From NCBI GenBank assembly GCA_021846795.1, contig JAJZWG010000001.1, positions 1 to 45,371 on the forward strand: DNA of 45,371 bases, given 5' to 3'. This document shows, piece after piece, positions 8,795 through 19,946 of this stretch (the stretch's first letter is position 1; every line of letters begins with the position of its first letter). The stretch comes from a bacterium. GTDB lineage: Bacteria > Patescibacteriota > Saccharimonadia > Saccharimonadales > UBA4665. The notes beneath the pieces were generated by a model. That model worked only from the letters and a program-made list of their open reading frames with translations, was not told the origin of the DNA and searched no databases. Position numbers and translations under genes: made by a program.

Positions 8795-10687
8795 TTATTT
8801 ATCAACAACTTCACCTTCTATTGGTTGATCAGTATCATTTTTTTTGTCTGATTGATCATTTGGTTGAGTTTCCTCTTTTGAAGCTTCATACATTTTAGCA
8901 CCAATTGGCATTAATTTATCGTTTAAAGTTTTAATAGCTTGTTCAATATCTTCCTTTGAACTACTTTCATTAGCGACTTTTTTGGCTTCTTCAATGGCTT
9001 CATTTAAAGTTTTTAAATCATCTTCAGAAATTTTATCCTTGCTATCGGTTGTTAATTTTTCGGCTTGATAAATAGTACTCTCTAATGTATTTTTAACTTC
9101 CACTAATTCTTTGCGTCGTTTATCTTCTTCTGCATGAGCTTCCGCTTCTTTAGCCATTTTTTCAACTTCTGATTTATCTAAATTACCTGAACCGGTAATA
9201 GTAATACTTTGCTCTTTGTTAGTACCTTTATCTTTTGCAGTTACATTTAAAATACCGTTAGCATCAATATTAAAAGTTACTTCAATCTGAGGTACGCCTC
9301 TTGGAGCTGGCGCAATTCCATCTAAAATAAATCGACCTAACGATTTATTACCATCAATCATTTCTCTTTCACCTTGAGCAACATGAATTTCAACTTGAGA
9401 TTGATTATCGGCAGCCGTGGAAAAAATTTCACTTTTAGAAGTTGGAATAGTAGTGTTTCGTTCAATTAATTTTGTCATTACGCCACCCATAGTCTCAATA
9501 CCTAAAGACAATGGAGTAACATCAAGTAATAAAACATCCTTAACGTCACCCTGTAAAACTCCACCTTGAATAGCTGCACCAATTGCCACTACTTCATCAG
9601 GATTAACACCTTTCATTGGATCTTTACCGAAAATAGCTTTAACTTTTTCTTGAACGGCTGGCATTCTAGTCATTCCACCAACCAAAACTACTGAACTAAT
9701 ATCACTAGCTTTCAAACCAGCATCTTTTAAAGCTTTTTGGCAAGGTTCAGCTGTTTTATCAATTAAATTAGCTACTAATTGTTCTAGTTTTGCTCGAGTC
9801 AATTTGTGTTCAAAATGTTTAGGACCATCGGCATCAGCTGTCAAAAATGGTAAATTAATATTAACTTCCTTGGCAGTTGATAATTCAATCTTAGCTTTTT
9901 CAGCTTCGTCTCTTAATCGCTGTAAAGCTGATTTATCATTACTAATATCAATACCCTGTTCTTTTTTAAATTCATCTATAAAATAATTAATAATCACTCG
10001 ATCAAAATCAGCTCCACCTAAATGAGTATCACCATTAGTTGATTTAACTTCAAAAACACCATCACCTAATTCCAAAATCGAAACATCAAATGTACCACCA
10101 CCCAGATCATAAACAGCAATTTTTTCGTCAGATTTTTCAGCTTTATCTAAACCATAAGCTAAAGCTGCAGCGGTTGGTTCATTAATAATTCTTTTAACTT
10201 CTAGTCCGGCTATTTTACCAGCATCTTTAGTAGCTTGTCTTTGACTATCATCAAAATAAGCCGGTACGGTAATGACAGCTTCGGTTACTTTATCGCCTAA
10301 AAATGCTTCAGCGTCAGTTTTTAATTTAGTTAAAATCATAGCACTAATTTCTTCGGGACTATAATCTTTATCACCCATTTTTACTTTAACCGAATTATCA
10401 CTTTTAATGATTTCATAACCCATTAGTTTTAAATCACGTTGAACTTCAGCATCGTTCCAATTTCTTCCAATCAATCTTTTGACTTCATAAATAGTATTCT
10501 TAGAATTAGTAACCTGTTGACGACGAGCTAATTGACCAACTAATCTTTCATTATTCTTACCAACAGCCACCACAGATGGTGTTGTTCTGTTGCCTTCAGC
10601 ATTGGCAATAATTTCAGGCTTTCCTGACTGCATAACAGCCATAGCTGAATTAGTTGTTCCTAAATCAATTCCAATTATTTTACTCAT
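8795..10687 (-). CDS. dnaK: Chaperone DnaK (Hsp70)
   Basis: [28 protein letters not shown]. Start set at ATG 10687, which follows an AGGAG SD. Confidence 0.98.
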   Translation of the reverse strand: MSKIIGIDLGTTNSAMAVMQSGKPEIIANAEGNRTTPSVVAVGKNNERLVGQLARRQQVTNSKNTIYEVKRLIGRNWNDAEVQRDLKLMGYEIIKSDNSVKVKMGDKDYSPEEISAMILTKLKTDAEAFLGDKVTEAVITVPAYFDDSQRQATKDAGKIAGLEVKRIINEPTAAALAYGLDKAEKSDEKIAVYDLGGGTFDVSILELGDGVFEVKSTNGDTHLGGADFDRVIINYFIDEFKKEQGIDISNDKSALQRLRDEAEKAKIELSTAKEVNINLPFLTADADGPKHFEHKLTRAKLEQLVANLIDKTAEPCQKALKDAGLKASDISSVVLVGGMTRMPAVQEKVKAIFGKDPMKGVNPDEVVAIGAAIQGGVLQGDVKDVLLLDVTPLSLGIETMGGVMTKLIERNTTIPTSKSEIFSTAADNQSQVEIHVAQGEREMIDGNKSLGRFILDGIAPAPRGVPQIEVTFNIDANGILNVTAKDKGTNKEQSITITGSGNLDKSEVEKMAKEAEAHAEEDKRRKELVEVKNTLESTIYQAEKLTTDSKDKISEDDLKTLNEAIEEAKKVANESSSKEDIEQAIKTLNDKLMPIGAKMYEASKEETQPNDQSDKKNDTDQPIEGEVVDK

Positions 10688-10760
10688 TTTTTTATCTCCT
10701 TTTTTGCAAATTATCAGCAATCTTAATATTCAACCGCTAACTTACATCTATAGTAACTAA

Positions 10761-10787
10761 TTAGCACTCAGCTGTCAAGAGTGCTAA
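10761..10787. promoter_or_regulatory. CIRCE operator (HrcA site) upstream of dnaK
   Basis: Perfect TTAGCACTC-N9-GAGTGCTAA; the spacer contains a minus-strand TTGACA with TACTAT 17 nt downstream. Confidence 0.95.
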
Positions 10788-11293
10788 TTAGTTTGTCTTT
10801 TTACTTTTACTAAAGCTGGTCTTAACACATCTGAATCAAGCATATAACCAGCCTGTAATTCTTCACTAACAATCTCATTTTCACCGTCCAAACTATCATC
10901 GACAGCAATTGCTTCATGAAAATTAGGGTCAAAAACCTGATTAAGACTAACAATTTTTCGAACTCCTAATTTTTCAAAAACAGTTTCAAACTGTTTAACA
11001 ATTCCATTAATACCTTCAATATAAGGATTATCTTTTAAATCTTTAGGCACATGCTTTAAAGATCTTTCAAAATTATCTACTATTGGTAATAAATCTTTAA
11101 TTATTTCAGTTTTATGATAAGCTGATAAAGCCTTTTTTTCTTCATCAAACCGACGACGCAAATTTATAGCATCAGCTCTTTCACGTTTTAATTGTTCAAC
11201 TAATTCTTGAATTTGATTAGTTAAATTTTCAATTTCATTAGATAATTCTTGAACGTTTGATTGACCTTTTTTATTGTGTTTTTCTTCTGGCAT
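10784..11293 (-). CDS. grpE: Nucleotide exchange factor GrpE
   Basis: LLPIVDNFERSL, FDPNFHEAI, QAGYML..VLRPALVKV. Confidence 0.96.
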   Translation of the reverse strand: MPEEKHNKKGQSNVQELSNEIENLTNQIQELVEQLKRERADAINLRRRFDEEKKALSAYHKTEIIKDLLPIVDNFERSLKHVPKDLKDNPYIEGINGIVKQFETVFEKLGVRKIVSLNQVFDPNFHEAIAVDDSLDGENEIVSEELQAGYMLDSDVLRPALVKVKRQTN

Positions 11294-11304
11294 TTTTTAT
11301 CTCC

Positions 11305-12009
11305 TTACAATATAATTCCAAGCTCTTGACCGGCTCTCTTAACTAATGACATAACATTACGATAACTTTGACGAGTTGGACCTAAAGTACCAATATAACT
11401 TTTATCTGAGAATTTACCTTTAAAACAAGAAATAATTAAAGTACATCCGGCTGATCGACCAACTGGGTTTTCTTGACCAATATAAACACTCAATGTTTCA
11501 TTGGGGGCAGCCTCTTTAATCCATGGCTCCAAATTATCTAATAATCTAGCCACTCTCATCACCTGTTGAGAATCAATAAATTCTGGTTGACCGAAAAGAT
11601 AACTCAATCCACTCATATATAGTTGATCGCCAATAGTAGCTAAAGCTAAATTATGGGTTAATTCTACTAAAGTATCAACGGCATTTTTAATAGCTTGTTC
11701 GGGTTCACCGCTATGAATTACCCTAGAAACTAAAGCATTTTCAAATCTTGGTTTATTAGAAGGAACTTGATCGGTAGTATTCAATAAATTAACATAAAAA
11801 CGATAACCCTTATCGGTTGGAATGCGACCAGCACTAGTATGAGGCTGAGCAATATACCCCATAGACTCTAATTCAAACATATCAGAACGAATTGTAGCCG
11901 AAGAAACTTGAAATACTTTAGACAATAAATTACTTCCCACTGGACTAGCAACCTCAGCGTATTGTTCAACAATTGCACAAAGAATATTTTTTTGTCGTTC
12001 AGTCATCAT
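11305..12009 (-). CDS. hrcA: Heat-inducible transcription repressor HrcA (short form)
   Basis: PVGS, SSATIR, QPHTSAGRIPTDKGYRFYV, GPTR motifs. Confidence 0.95.
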   Translation of the reverse strand: MMTERQKNILCAIVEQYAEVASPVGSNLLSKVFQVSSATIRSDMFELESMGYIAQPHTSAGRIPTDKGYRFYVNLLNTTDQVPSNKPRFENALVSRVIHSGEPEQAIKNAVDTLVELTHNLALATIGDQLYMSGLSYLFGQPEFIDSQQVMRVARLLDNLEPWIKEAAPNETLSVYIGQENPVGRSAGCTLIISCFKGKFSDKSYIGTLGPTRQSYRNVMSLVKRAGQELGIIL

Positions 12010-12047
12010 CTTTTAGCCTAAAATTTAATTAGTCTAAGTATAGCTTT

Positions 12048-12074
12048 TTGGCACTCAACTGTCAAGAGTGCTAA
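12048..12074. promoter_or_regulatory. CIRCE operator and sigma70-type promoter of hrcA
   Basis: TTGGCACTC-N9-GAGTGCTAA; minus strand TTGACA-N17-TATACT. Confidence 0.93.
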
Positions 12075-12804
12075 ATTTATCAATAAATCGGCTAATTTCT
12101 AAATTTAAATTCTTTAATAAATTACTGTTATGTTGCTTGGTTGTTTTTAGATTATCAGTTTTTAAAAAAATATCTATTTGTTGAGCTGAATGTTTAAAAT
12201 CATTATTAATAATGATTTCACCAATTAAATCTTTAGAAAAACTTTTTAAAATTTTTTGAGCAGTTTTTAAACGCATTAATAATTCAGAAATAGGCATATT
12301 AGGATCTCTTCTATAAAGTCGACTCATCCAAACATCAAAGGAGGGTGGAATAATAAAAAATAACTTTGTTTTGTTACTATATTTTAAAATTTTTTGAGCT
12401 CCCCCTAAGTCAATATCGGTAATAGCAAATTTATTCATTTCTCGAGCTTTTTTAAGTTCACTAAGATTTAAACCTGAAACTTGTTGTTGATGTATAATTT
12501 CAGCTTCTAAATAGCTACCTTGCTTTAAACCTTTTAAAAATTGATCTTCATTGATGAAATTATATTCACGGCCATTTTTTTCTAAAATTCCGTTATTCAT
12601 TCTAGGTTGTCTAGTAGTATCAGAAATCAAGAAATAATACTGATCGGTTTGACATAATTGTTGAATAATCGTACTACGACCCGATCCAGAAAATCCTAAC
12701 AGTAAAACTAATTTGATTTGATTTAACAAATTTAGTTTAGCTTGATTAATCTGATAATCCTTTAAAGTTTCTTGAAATTGATCTAATTTAATTAACTGAT
12801 TCAT
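12055..12804 (-). CDS. gmk: Guanylate kinase-like protein
   Basis: GFSGSGRST P-loop, SDTTRQPR, E.NGREYNF, FIIPPS. Confidence 0.8.
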   Translation of the reverse strand: MNQLIKLDQFQETLKDYQINQAKLNLLNQIKLVLLLGFSGSGRSTIIQQLCQTDQYYFLISDTTRQPRMNNGILEKNGREYNFINEDQFLKGLKQGSYLEAEIIHQQQVSGLNLSELKKAREMNKFAITDIDLGGAQKILKYSNKTKLFFIIPPSFDVWMSRLYRRDPNMPISELLMRLKTAQKILKSFSKDLIGEIIINNDFKHSAQQIDIFLKTDNLKTTKQHNSNLLKNLNLEISRFIDKFSTLDS

Positions 12805-14579
12805 TAGTCTCTCTTTAATAAAATTTGAAAAGCTTCAGCTGGAATATCAACTTTACCAAATTTTTTCATTCGACTTTTGCCTTTTTTCTGTTTAGCTAAA
12901 ACTTTCTTTTTTCTAGATACATCACCACCATAAAGGCCGGTTGTAACATCTTTTCGAAAAGCTGAAATATCTTCCCTGGCTATAATTTTACTATTAATAC
13001 CAGCCTGAAGAGAAACTTTAAAATTTTGACGAGGAATTATTTCTTTTAATTTTAAAACAACTTTTTGAGCTAATTGCCTTGATTCTTGACGATGAACAAT
13101 TGTTGATAAGGCATCAATTTTCTCTTGAGCTACATAAAAATCAACTTTAACTAAATCAGCTGGTCTATATTCCGCCATATCGTAATTAAATGAACCAAAT
13201 CCGCTAGTAATTGTTTTTAAATCATCGTAAAAATCTGTTAACAAATTAGCCAATGGCGCTTCAAAAGATATTAAAGCCTGGTTTTCAATATAACTAATAT
13301 TTTTTTGTTGACCACGATTAGTTGATATTAATTGAACAATCGCTCCAACAAAGTTTTTAGGACTAATTATTTCACCTTTAATCCAAGGCTCTTTAATAAG
13401 TTCAATAGCTGTAATATCGGGTAATTCAGTAGCGCTTTGAATATGTTTAATTAAGCCGTTTTTTAAAACTATTTCATAATCAGTTGAAGGGTTTGTAACA
13501 ATTAAGTCAATACCATATTCACGCTCTAATCTTTCTTTAACTATATCTAAATGTAATAACCCTAAAAAACCAATCCTTACTCCAAAACCTAAAATTGGTG
13601 AATTTTCTAAACTATATCTAAGTGCAGAGTCGTTTAAAGCTAACTTTTCTATAGCCATCTTTAAATCATTATAATATTCGTTACTAACTGGATAAAAACC
13701 GGCATAAACAAACGGCTTTACCTCTTTATAACCATCAAGCGGTAAAACATTAATTGATGTTTCTAAAGTTAAGGTATCACCAACTCGAGCATCTTGCGTT
13801 GAATGAAAATTAGTGACAACGTAACCAATTTCACCCGAAGATAAACCTTTCATTGAAAATTGTTGAGGTTTTAAAACACCAACTTCTAAAGCTTGCCCAG
13901 TAACCTTATTTGATAACATCATAATTCTTTGATTGGCTAATAATTGACCATCAAAAACTCTAATATACAAAACAACTCCGCGATAATCATCAAAATAAGA
14001 ATCAAATATTAAAGCGCGTAAACTATTTTGACTATATTCTGGCTGAGGAATATTAGTAATAACCGATCCTAATACATCTTCAACTCCTTGTCCTGTTTTA
14101 GCCGAAATTTTTAAAATCTTTGATCGATTAATTGCCAATAAATCAATTAATTCGTTTTCAACTTTTTCTACATTGGCGGCTGGTAAATCAACTTTATTAA
14201 TTACTGGAATAATTGTCAGGTTATTTTCAATAGCTAAATATAAATTAGCTAAAGTTTGAGCCTGGATACCTTGAGTAGCATCAACTACCAAGATTGCTCC
14301 TTCACAAGCTGCTAAAGATCTAGAAACTTCATAACTAAAATCTACATGGCCAGGTGTATCAATTAGATTTAATTCAAATCCTTTATAAATCATTTGAACT
14401 GAGGCTAATTTAATTGTTATACCTTTTTCACGTTCTAGATCCATTTTATCTAAAACTTGATTTTTCATTTGGCGAGCTTGAATTGTACCAGTTATTTCCA
14501 ATAAACGATCAGCTAAAGTTGACTTACCATGGTCGATATGAGCAATAATACAAAAATTACGAATATTCTTTTTAATCAT
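12804..14579 (-). CDS. lepA: Elongation factor 4 (LepA)
   Basis: IRNFCIIAHIDHGKSTLADR, DTPGHVDF, GFLGLLH, YGGDVSRKKK. Confidence 0.97.
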   Translation of the reverse strand: MIKKNIRNFCIIAHIDHGKSTLADRLLEITGTIQARQMKNQVLDKMDLEREKGITIKLASVQMIYKGFELNLIDTPGHVDFSYEVSRSLAACEGAILVVDATQGIQAQTLANLYLAIENNLTIIPVINKVDLPAANVEKVENELIDLLAINRSKILKISAKTGQGVEDVLGSVITNIPQPEYSQNSLRALIFDSYFDDYRGVVLYIRVFDGQLLANQRIMMLSNKVTGQALEVGVLKPQQFSMKGLSSGEIGYVVTNFHSTQDARVGDTLTLETSINVLPLDGYKEVKPFVYAGFYPVSNEYYNDLKMAIEKLALNDSALRYSLENSPILGFGVRIGFLGLLHLDIVKERLEREYGIDLIVTNPSTDYEIVLKNGLIKHIQSATELPDITAIELIKEPWIKGEIISPKNFVGAIVQLISTNRGQQKNISYIENQALISFEAPLANLLTDFYDDLKTITSGFGSFNYDMAEYRPADLVKVDFYVAQEKIDALSTIVHRQESRQLAQKVVLKLKEIIPRQNFKVSLQAGINSKIIAREDISAFRKDVTTGLYGGDVSRKKKVLAKQKKGKSRMKKFGKVDIPAEAFQILLKRD

Positions 14580-16181
14580 TTAATATTGAATCTTAATTGG
14601 TTTAAGCATAAATTTTTTGACCGTTTTTAAGAATGGTTGAACTTCTTCAAGACGGAATAATGCTGAGGATAAAATATGAACTAAAAAAATTACTGCTACA
14701 ATTAAAAACAATTTACCACCCAAAACAATTACACCTTTATCTTTTAATTGTAATGGGTAAATTTGCACCATAATATAACCAGCGATACCACTAAATATAC
14801 TGGCTACACCAATTCTTGTAACACCTTTAAAAAAACTAAAGTCAAAAATTTTTTTATCGCGGATTATCATGACAGTAATTAAAATTAAAACTTCTGTTAC
14901 GCCAACTATCGATTGAGCAATAGCTAAACCAGCAATCCCAAATTCTGATTTTTGAGCTAAAGTAACCGCTAAAACAATATTTAAAGCAATCACAAAAAAA
15001 GACACAAAAAGAGGGGTTTTATTGTCTTTATGAGAATAAAACCATCTAGAAATAATTGAGTACATAATTCTAGAAAAAATAGCAAAAGTTAAAAACCCTA
15101 AAACAATTGATATATTATTATCACCTCTAGTATAAATTAATCTAGCCAAATAACCTCGACAATAAAAAGTCACAAAACAAACTGGAATACCAATCCAAAT
15201 CATTGTTTTTAATATTTGTCGAAAATCTTGACGAAATAAATCTGGTCGTTTTTGACTTAATCTTAAATTCAATCGTGGGAAGGCGGCTGTAGCAATCGTC
15301 GTACCAACTAACAAAATCGGGGCAGTCGATAATGTATAAGCATTGGCAAAATTAGAAATAGCTCCAGCTCCTAATCCACTAGCAATATGTGTTTCAACAA
15401 TATTTTCAATTTGATCAATTCCTTGATCAACTGAACGAGCTGGTAAATTACGTAAAACCTGTTTAAAATCTTTTGATCGCCATAAAATTTTCGGTTGCCA
15501 ATAAAAATTAGTTTTATAAAGACCAATAATCACAATCAATAATTGAATAATCGCACCAATTAACGCACCGATACCCAAACCAACTAAACCAATATTATGT
15601 CTAAATAAATAGATGCTTATTATAATTGAAGCATTATAAAACAATGGTGCTATAGCGTAGAAAAAGAACCTTCCCATAGTTTGCTGAACGCTAGTTAAAA
15701 TACCAGACAAAGTAAATAATAATGGATTAAAAGCTAAATATCTCATAATATTGGCGGCTGTATTTATTTCATCAGGCGGTAAATGAGGTGCTACAACATA
15801 TTGAATTAATGGATGAGCAAAAATAACTATTAAAATACCAACTACTAGCATTATTAAGGATAGTAAATTCATTAAGGAATCAGACAATTCCCACATAGCT
15901 CGTCTAGTACTATTTTGATACTTATCTGCTAAAATTGGAATAAAAGCTACACCTAAAGCTCCAGCCGATAAAGTAAAAAACAATAAGTCTGGAATGTTAA
16001 AAGCTGCAAAATAAGCATCAGTTGAATTAACACCAATTAGAGGAAAATTAGCGTTAACTAATTTAGTTCTCAGTAAACCAAGTAGCTGACCTAAAACCGT
16101 TGCAGCAATTAAAATAAAAGCAGCTGTAGAAACTGAAGATAATTTCTTTCTTGAACTAGTATTAGTTTTGGTTTCTTCCAT
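14580..16181 (-). CDS. murJ: Lipid II flippase MurJ (MviN)
   Basis: DAYFAAFNIPD, GALGVAFIP, FYS.KDNKTP; many TM segments. Confidence 0.9.
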   Translation of the reverse strand: MEETKTNTSSRKKLSSVSTAAFILIAATVLGQLLGLLRTKLVNANFPLIGVNSTDAYFAAFNIPDLLFFTLSAGALGVAFIPILADKYQNSTRRAMWELSDSLMNLLSLIMLVVGILIVIFAHPLIQYVVAPHLPPDEINTAANIMRYLAFNPLLFTLSGILTSVQQTMGRFFFYAIAPLFYNASIIISIYLFRHNIGLVGLGIGALIGAIIQLLIVIIGLYKTNFYWQPKILWRSKDFKQVLRNLPARSVDQGIDQIENIVETHIASGLGAGAISNFANAYTLSTAPILLVGTTIATAAFPRLNLRLSQKRPDLFRQDFRQILKTMIWIGIPVCFVTFYCRGYLARLIYTRGDNNISIVLGFLTFAIFSRIMYSIISRWFYSHKDNKTPLFVSFFVIALNIVLAVTLAQKSEFGIAGLAIAQSIVGVTEVLILITVMIIRDKKIFDFSFFKGVTRIGVASIFSGIAGYIMVQIYPLQLKDKGVIVLGGKLFLIVAVIFLVHILSSALFRLEEVQPFLKTVKKFMLKPIKIQY

Positions 16182-16235
16182 AAAATTACAATCAGTATAG
16201 AACAGATTATTCTAACTAGCTAGCAAAAAAACAAA

Positions 16236-18104
16236 TCAATACAAGGTGACTGTTTTAGGCAATTTTGATCCACTTAAAATTTTGGCTACTTCCTCAGAAT
16301 CAATTGTTTCTTTTTCTAACAAAACATCCTTTAACTTTTCCAAATAACTTAAGTTAGTTTTAATAATACTTCTCGCTCGATTAGCTGCCTCATTGATAAG
16401 ATTTTCGATTTCTTCATCAATAATCTTAGCGGTTGAATCTGAATAATCTCTGTCGTGAATTAATTTATCCATAGTAACACTTTCATCATTTTTAAAAACT
16501 TGATTACGTAATTTATCTCCCATGCCTTGATTAACAACCATGTCTCGAGCTAATTCAGCGGCTCCTTGTAAATCTGAGCTTGCGCCAGTTGTCACTTTAT
16601 TTTTACCAAATATTATTTCTTCTGCAATACGACCACCTAAACCACGAGCTAAAATATCTTTTAACTGAACAATTGAACTAAAAATTCGATCTTCTGGAGG
16701 AATAAACCAAGTAACTCCACCGGTTCCTCCACGAGGAATAATAGTTATCTTATGAACGGGATCACTATCGGGTAAAACATGCCCAACTAAAGCATGGCCC
16801 GCTTCATGATAAGCGGTAACTTTTTTATCTAAATCACTCATAACTTTATTTTTTCGTTCAGGACCAATTGCTACTCGTTCAAACGCTTCAGTTACATCAC
16901 TAGATAAAATTTGACTATGAGAATTACGAGCAGCAATTATGGCTGCTTCATTAGTTATATTGGCTAAATCCGCACCCGAAAAACCGGCAGTTTTAGCAGC
17001 TAAAGCATCAACATCAAAATCCTTAGCTAACGGTTTACTTTTAAAATGAATATTTAAAATTGCAGCTCGATCTTTTCTATCTGGTAAATTAATGTTAACT
17101 CGTCGATCGAATCTACCTGGTCTCAATAAAGCTGAATCTAAAACATCAGCTCGATTAGTAGCTGCTAGAACAATTACATTCTGTCCTTGTTCAAAACCAT
17201 CCATTTCAACCAATATTTGATTTAAGGTTTGTTCTCTCTCATCGTGTCCACCACCCATTCCACTACCTCTTTTTCGACCAACGGCATCTATTTCGTCAAT
17301 AAAAATAATACATGGAGCATTTTTTTTAGCTTTAGAAAATAAATCTCTTACCCTTGAAGCTCCAACACCAACAAACATCTCAACAAATTCAGAACCAGAA
17401 ATACTAAAAAAAGGTACGTTAGCTTCACCGGCTGTAGCTCTAGCCAACATTGTTTTACCAGTTCCTGGTGGACCAATTAATAAAACACCTTTTGGAATTT
17501 TAGCACCTAATGAAGCATATTTTTTAGGGTATTTTAAAAATTGAACAACTTCCTCTAAGTCTTGTTTAGATTCATCGGCTCCAGCTACATCTTTAAACAA
17601 TACTTTATCTTTTTCATTACCATAAAGTCTGGCTCGACTTTTACCAAAGTTAAGAGCTTGGTTGCCTTGACCTTGAACACTTTTAAGCATAAAGAAAATA
17701 ACACCACCTATTAATAAAACCGGTAAAATAGCTTCACCGATTGATAACCAAATTGATGATGAACTGCTTTGAGGTTTATAAATAACATCAACTTTATTAT
17801 AGTTTAAACCAAGACTTTTTAAGCTAGCATTGGTGGCGGTATAACTTTCTAAAGTCACCGAACTAGGTTTTTTAGGAATAATTAATAATTTATTTGAATT
17901 GGCGCTAACAGTTATACTTTTGTAGTCCCCAGCATTGGCATTACTGATAACTTGACTAAGGGGTAAAACATCAACCTTACTACTGGTATTTGATGATGAA
18001 GCTAATATAGCTAGTCCAAGCAAAATAATAATAATTAAAAAACCAAGGTTTTTAAAATTATTGCGATTATTGTTACGCTTATTATTAATTGTTTGACCAT
18101 TCAT
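16236..18104 (-). CDS. ftsH: ATP-dependent zinc metalloprotease FtsH
   Basis: Two N-terminal TMs, [27 protein letters not shown]. Confidence 0.97.
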   Translation of the reverse strand: MNGQTINNKRNNNRNNFKNLGFLIIIILLGLAILASSSNTSSKVDVLPLSQVISNANAGDYKSITVSANSNKLLIIPKKPSSVTLESYTATNASLKSLGLNYNKVDVIYKPQSSSSSIWLSIGEAILPVLLIGGVIFFMLKSVQGQGNQALNFGKSRARLYGNEKDKVLFKDVAGADESKQDLEEVVQFLKYPKKYASLGAKIPKGVLLIGPPGTGKTMLARATAGEANVPFFSISGSEFVEMFVGVGASRVRDLFSKAKKNAPCIIFIDEIDAVGRKRGSGMGGGHDEREQTLNQILVEMDGFEQGQNVIVLAATNRADVLDSALLRPGRFDRRVNINLPDRKDRAAILNIHFKSKPLAKDFDVDALAAKTAGFSGADLANITNEAAIIAARNSHSQILSSDVTEAFERVAIGPERKNKVMSDLDKKVTAYHEAGHALVGHVLPDSDPVHKITIIPRGGTGGVTWFIPPEDRIFSSIVQLKDILARGLGGRIAEEIIFGKNKVTTGASSDLQGAAELARDMVVNQGMGDKLRNQVFKNDESVTMDKLIHDRDYSDSTAKIIDEEIENLINEAANRARSIIKTNLSYLEKLKDVLLEKETIDSEEVAKILSGSKLPKTVTLY

Positions 18105-18137
18105 AAAATATATTATACTTTCATAGATTAAAAATTA

Positions 18138-18164
18138 CTAGCACTTATAATAGTTGAGTGCTAA
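18138..18164. promoter_or_regulatory. CIRCE-like operator upstream of ftsH, inside the tilS 3' end
   Basis: CTAGCACTT-N9-GAGTGCTAA (2 mismatches to consensus); minus-strand TATAAT at 18112-18117. Confidence 0.8.
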
Positions 18165-19034
18165 ATACTCTTTCTCGATAAGAACATAATAATTATTTTT
18201 GACATCAATCTTCTTGCCGGTCTCAAGTAATTGACTGTTTTTATATAATCTTAAAATAGCTTTTTTATCAAAATTACGCAAATTATTTTGTCTTAACCAA
18301 AATGTTAAAAAATCTTTAGCGACTAAATCAGGGCAATTATTAATAAAACTTTTTTTTATTTTAGTTTTGTCATTTTGATTAAATAAACTTAAAAAAAGCT
18401 GATCAATTTGTTGATTCAAAAATGTCATTCGCTTTATTTTAATTATTAACCACTCTAATTGAGCTTGATTAAACATTGGTATAATTTTATGTCGAATAAA
18501 ATTTCGACTGTATTTTAAATCAAAATTAGTTACATCATCTCGCCAAACTAAATGATGAAGATTGGCATAATTAATTATGTCAGTTTTTTTAAATTTTAAT
18601 AATGGGTGAATAATATTAGAATTATTCATAAAAGGACTGAGGCCAACCCTTCCAGTACCTCTAAGAATATTAAAAATAACTGTTTCAATTAAATCATCTT
18701 GATGATGTGCGGTTATAATTAGATCAGCTTTAATTTCTTTTTGCAATGAAAACAAAAAATTGTAACGAGATTGGCGAGCTAATTCTTCTGAAGCTGTTAT
18801 TCCTAAATGACCTTCCTGATAAAAAAATTTTAAATGATTAATTTTAGCAATATTTTCTACTAAAATTCGATCTTTTTCAGAATCTTGTCGAATACCGTGA
18901 TCATAATGAGCTACTGTAAATTTATATAAAGTTTTATTATTAAATTGATTCAATAATAAATTCAATAAAACTATTGAATCAACACCACCAGATACTGCCA
19001 CAATATATTCACCTGGTTGAAGATTAATTCTCAT
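18138..19034 (-). CDS. tilS: tRNA(Ile)-lysidine synthetase TilS
   Basis: AVSGGVDS PP-loop, HYDHGIR, ARQSRY, TAHHQDDLIET, RNFIRH. Confidence 0.95.
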   Translation of the reverse strand: MRINLQPGEYIVAVSGGVDSIVLLNLLLNQFNNKTLYKFTVAHYDHGIRQDSEKDRILVENIAKINHLKFFYQEGHLGITASEELARQSRYNFLFSLQKEIKADLIITAHHQDDLIETVIFNILRGTGRVGLSPFMNNSNIIHPLLKFKKTDIINYANLHHLVWRDDVTNFDLKYSRNFIRHKIIPMFNQAQLEWLIIKIKRMTFLNQQIDQLFLSLFNQNDKTKIKKSFINNCPDLVAKDFLTFWLRQNNLRNFDKKAILRLYKNSQLLETGKKIDVKNNYYVLIEKEYLALNYYKC

Positions 19035-19050
19035 AAATATATAATAAACT

Positions 19051-19563
19051 ATGATGAAAAAACTTTATCTGATTAGACATGGTCTAAGCCTCAATAATTC
19101 ATTGGGTTTATTTTCTGGGCATACCGAAACACCTTTAATTGATGAGGGTAAAAAACAAGCTAAACAAGCTGGTTTATACTTAAAAAATCATCACATAAAT
19201 ATAGATTGCATTGTTTCTTCGCCACTTCAACGAACTATTGAAACCGCTAAAATAATAGCTCATGAAATTAATTTTAACGACAAAGATATTATTATTAATA
19301 ATTTATTAATTGAAAGAAATTATGGTTCCTTTGAAGGTAAACCATATGTTCCTCATCTAGAACATCCAGATATTGAATCGATTGAATCCTTACAAAAACG
19401 AGCTGATCAAGTTTTAAAATTTTTGAAAAATTTAAAGGCTGATAACATATTATTGGTCACCCATGGAGCAATTGGACGTGCATTACAAGTAAGTTTACAC
19501 CCTGATTTAAAATTTCATGAAACTCAAAAGTTATTAAATAGCCGGCTCATTCAAATATTATGA
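19051..19563 (+). CDS. Histidine phosphatase family protein
   Basis: LIRHG, SSPLQRTIETA, LIERNYG, LLVTHG. Confidence 0.9.
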   Translation: MMKKLYLIRHGLSLNNSLGLFSGHTETPLIDEGKKQAKQAGLYLKNHHINIDCIVSSPLQRTIETAKIIAHEINFNDKDIIINNLLIERNYGSFEGKPYVPHLEHPDIESIESLQKRADQVLKFLKNLKADNILLVTHGAIGRALQVSLHPDLKFHETQKLLNSRLIQIL

Positions 19564-19582
19564 TATTATATAGCCATATTTC

Positions 19583-19659
19583 GGCGACGTAGCTCAGTTG
19601 GTTAGAGCACAGGACTCATAAGCCTGGGGTCAGTGGTTCAAATCCACTCGTCGCTACCA
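19583..19659 (+). tRNA. tRNA-Met (CAT), probable elongator
   Basis: GGCGACG/CGTCGCT acceptor stem, CTCATAA loop, GGTTCAAATCC T-arm, encoded CCA. Confidence 0.92.
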
Positions 19660-19671
19660 TTCATTAACAGT

Positions 19672-19708
19672 TTGACAGCCTTGTTTTTTGTATATATAAT
19701 GTAATTAC
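19672..19708 (+). promoter_or_regulatory. Consensus promoter and palindromic operator of the MazEF-like TA operon
   Basis: TTGACA(19672)-N17-TATAAT(19695), followed by the palindrome GTAATTAC. Confidence 0.8.
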
Positions 19709-19709
19709 T

Positions 19710-19946
19710 ATGAATACATCGATTATTACTATTGGTAACTCAAAAGGCATACGTATTCCTAAACTCCTCCTAGAGGAAAGTGAGCTGTCTGGTGAGGTTG
19801 ATATAAAGGCTACTAAAGGAAAGATTAGCATTGTGGCTGCCAATCCAAAGTCTAAAATATCTGAAACCTCAATATTATCTGAAAAGGTTTTAGCAAGAGA
19901 TTGGTTACGTCCAGAGGAGGACAAAGCATGGGCAAGCTTAAAGTAG
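19710..19946 (+). CDS. AbrB/MazE-family antitoxin
   Basis: IITIGNSKGIRIPK AbrB motif; C-terminal SEKVLARDWLRPEEDKAW. Confidence 0.88.
   Translation: MNTSIITIGNSKGIRIPKLLLEESELSGEVDIKATKGKISIVAANPKSKISETSILSEKVLARDWLRPEEDKAWASLK

Noticed and set aside
10688..10720. N-terminal extension of DnaK from TTG 10720
   Set aside because: The extension contains the SD; the canonical [14 protein letters not shown] start is at 10687
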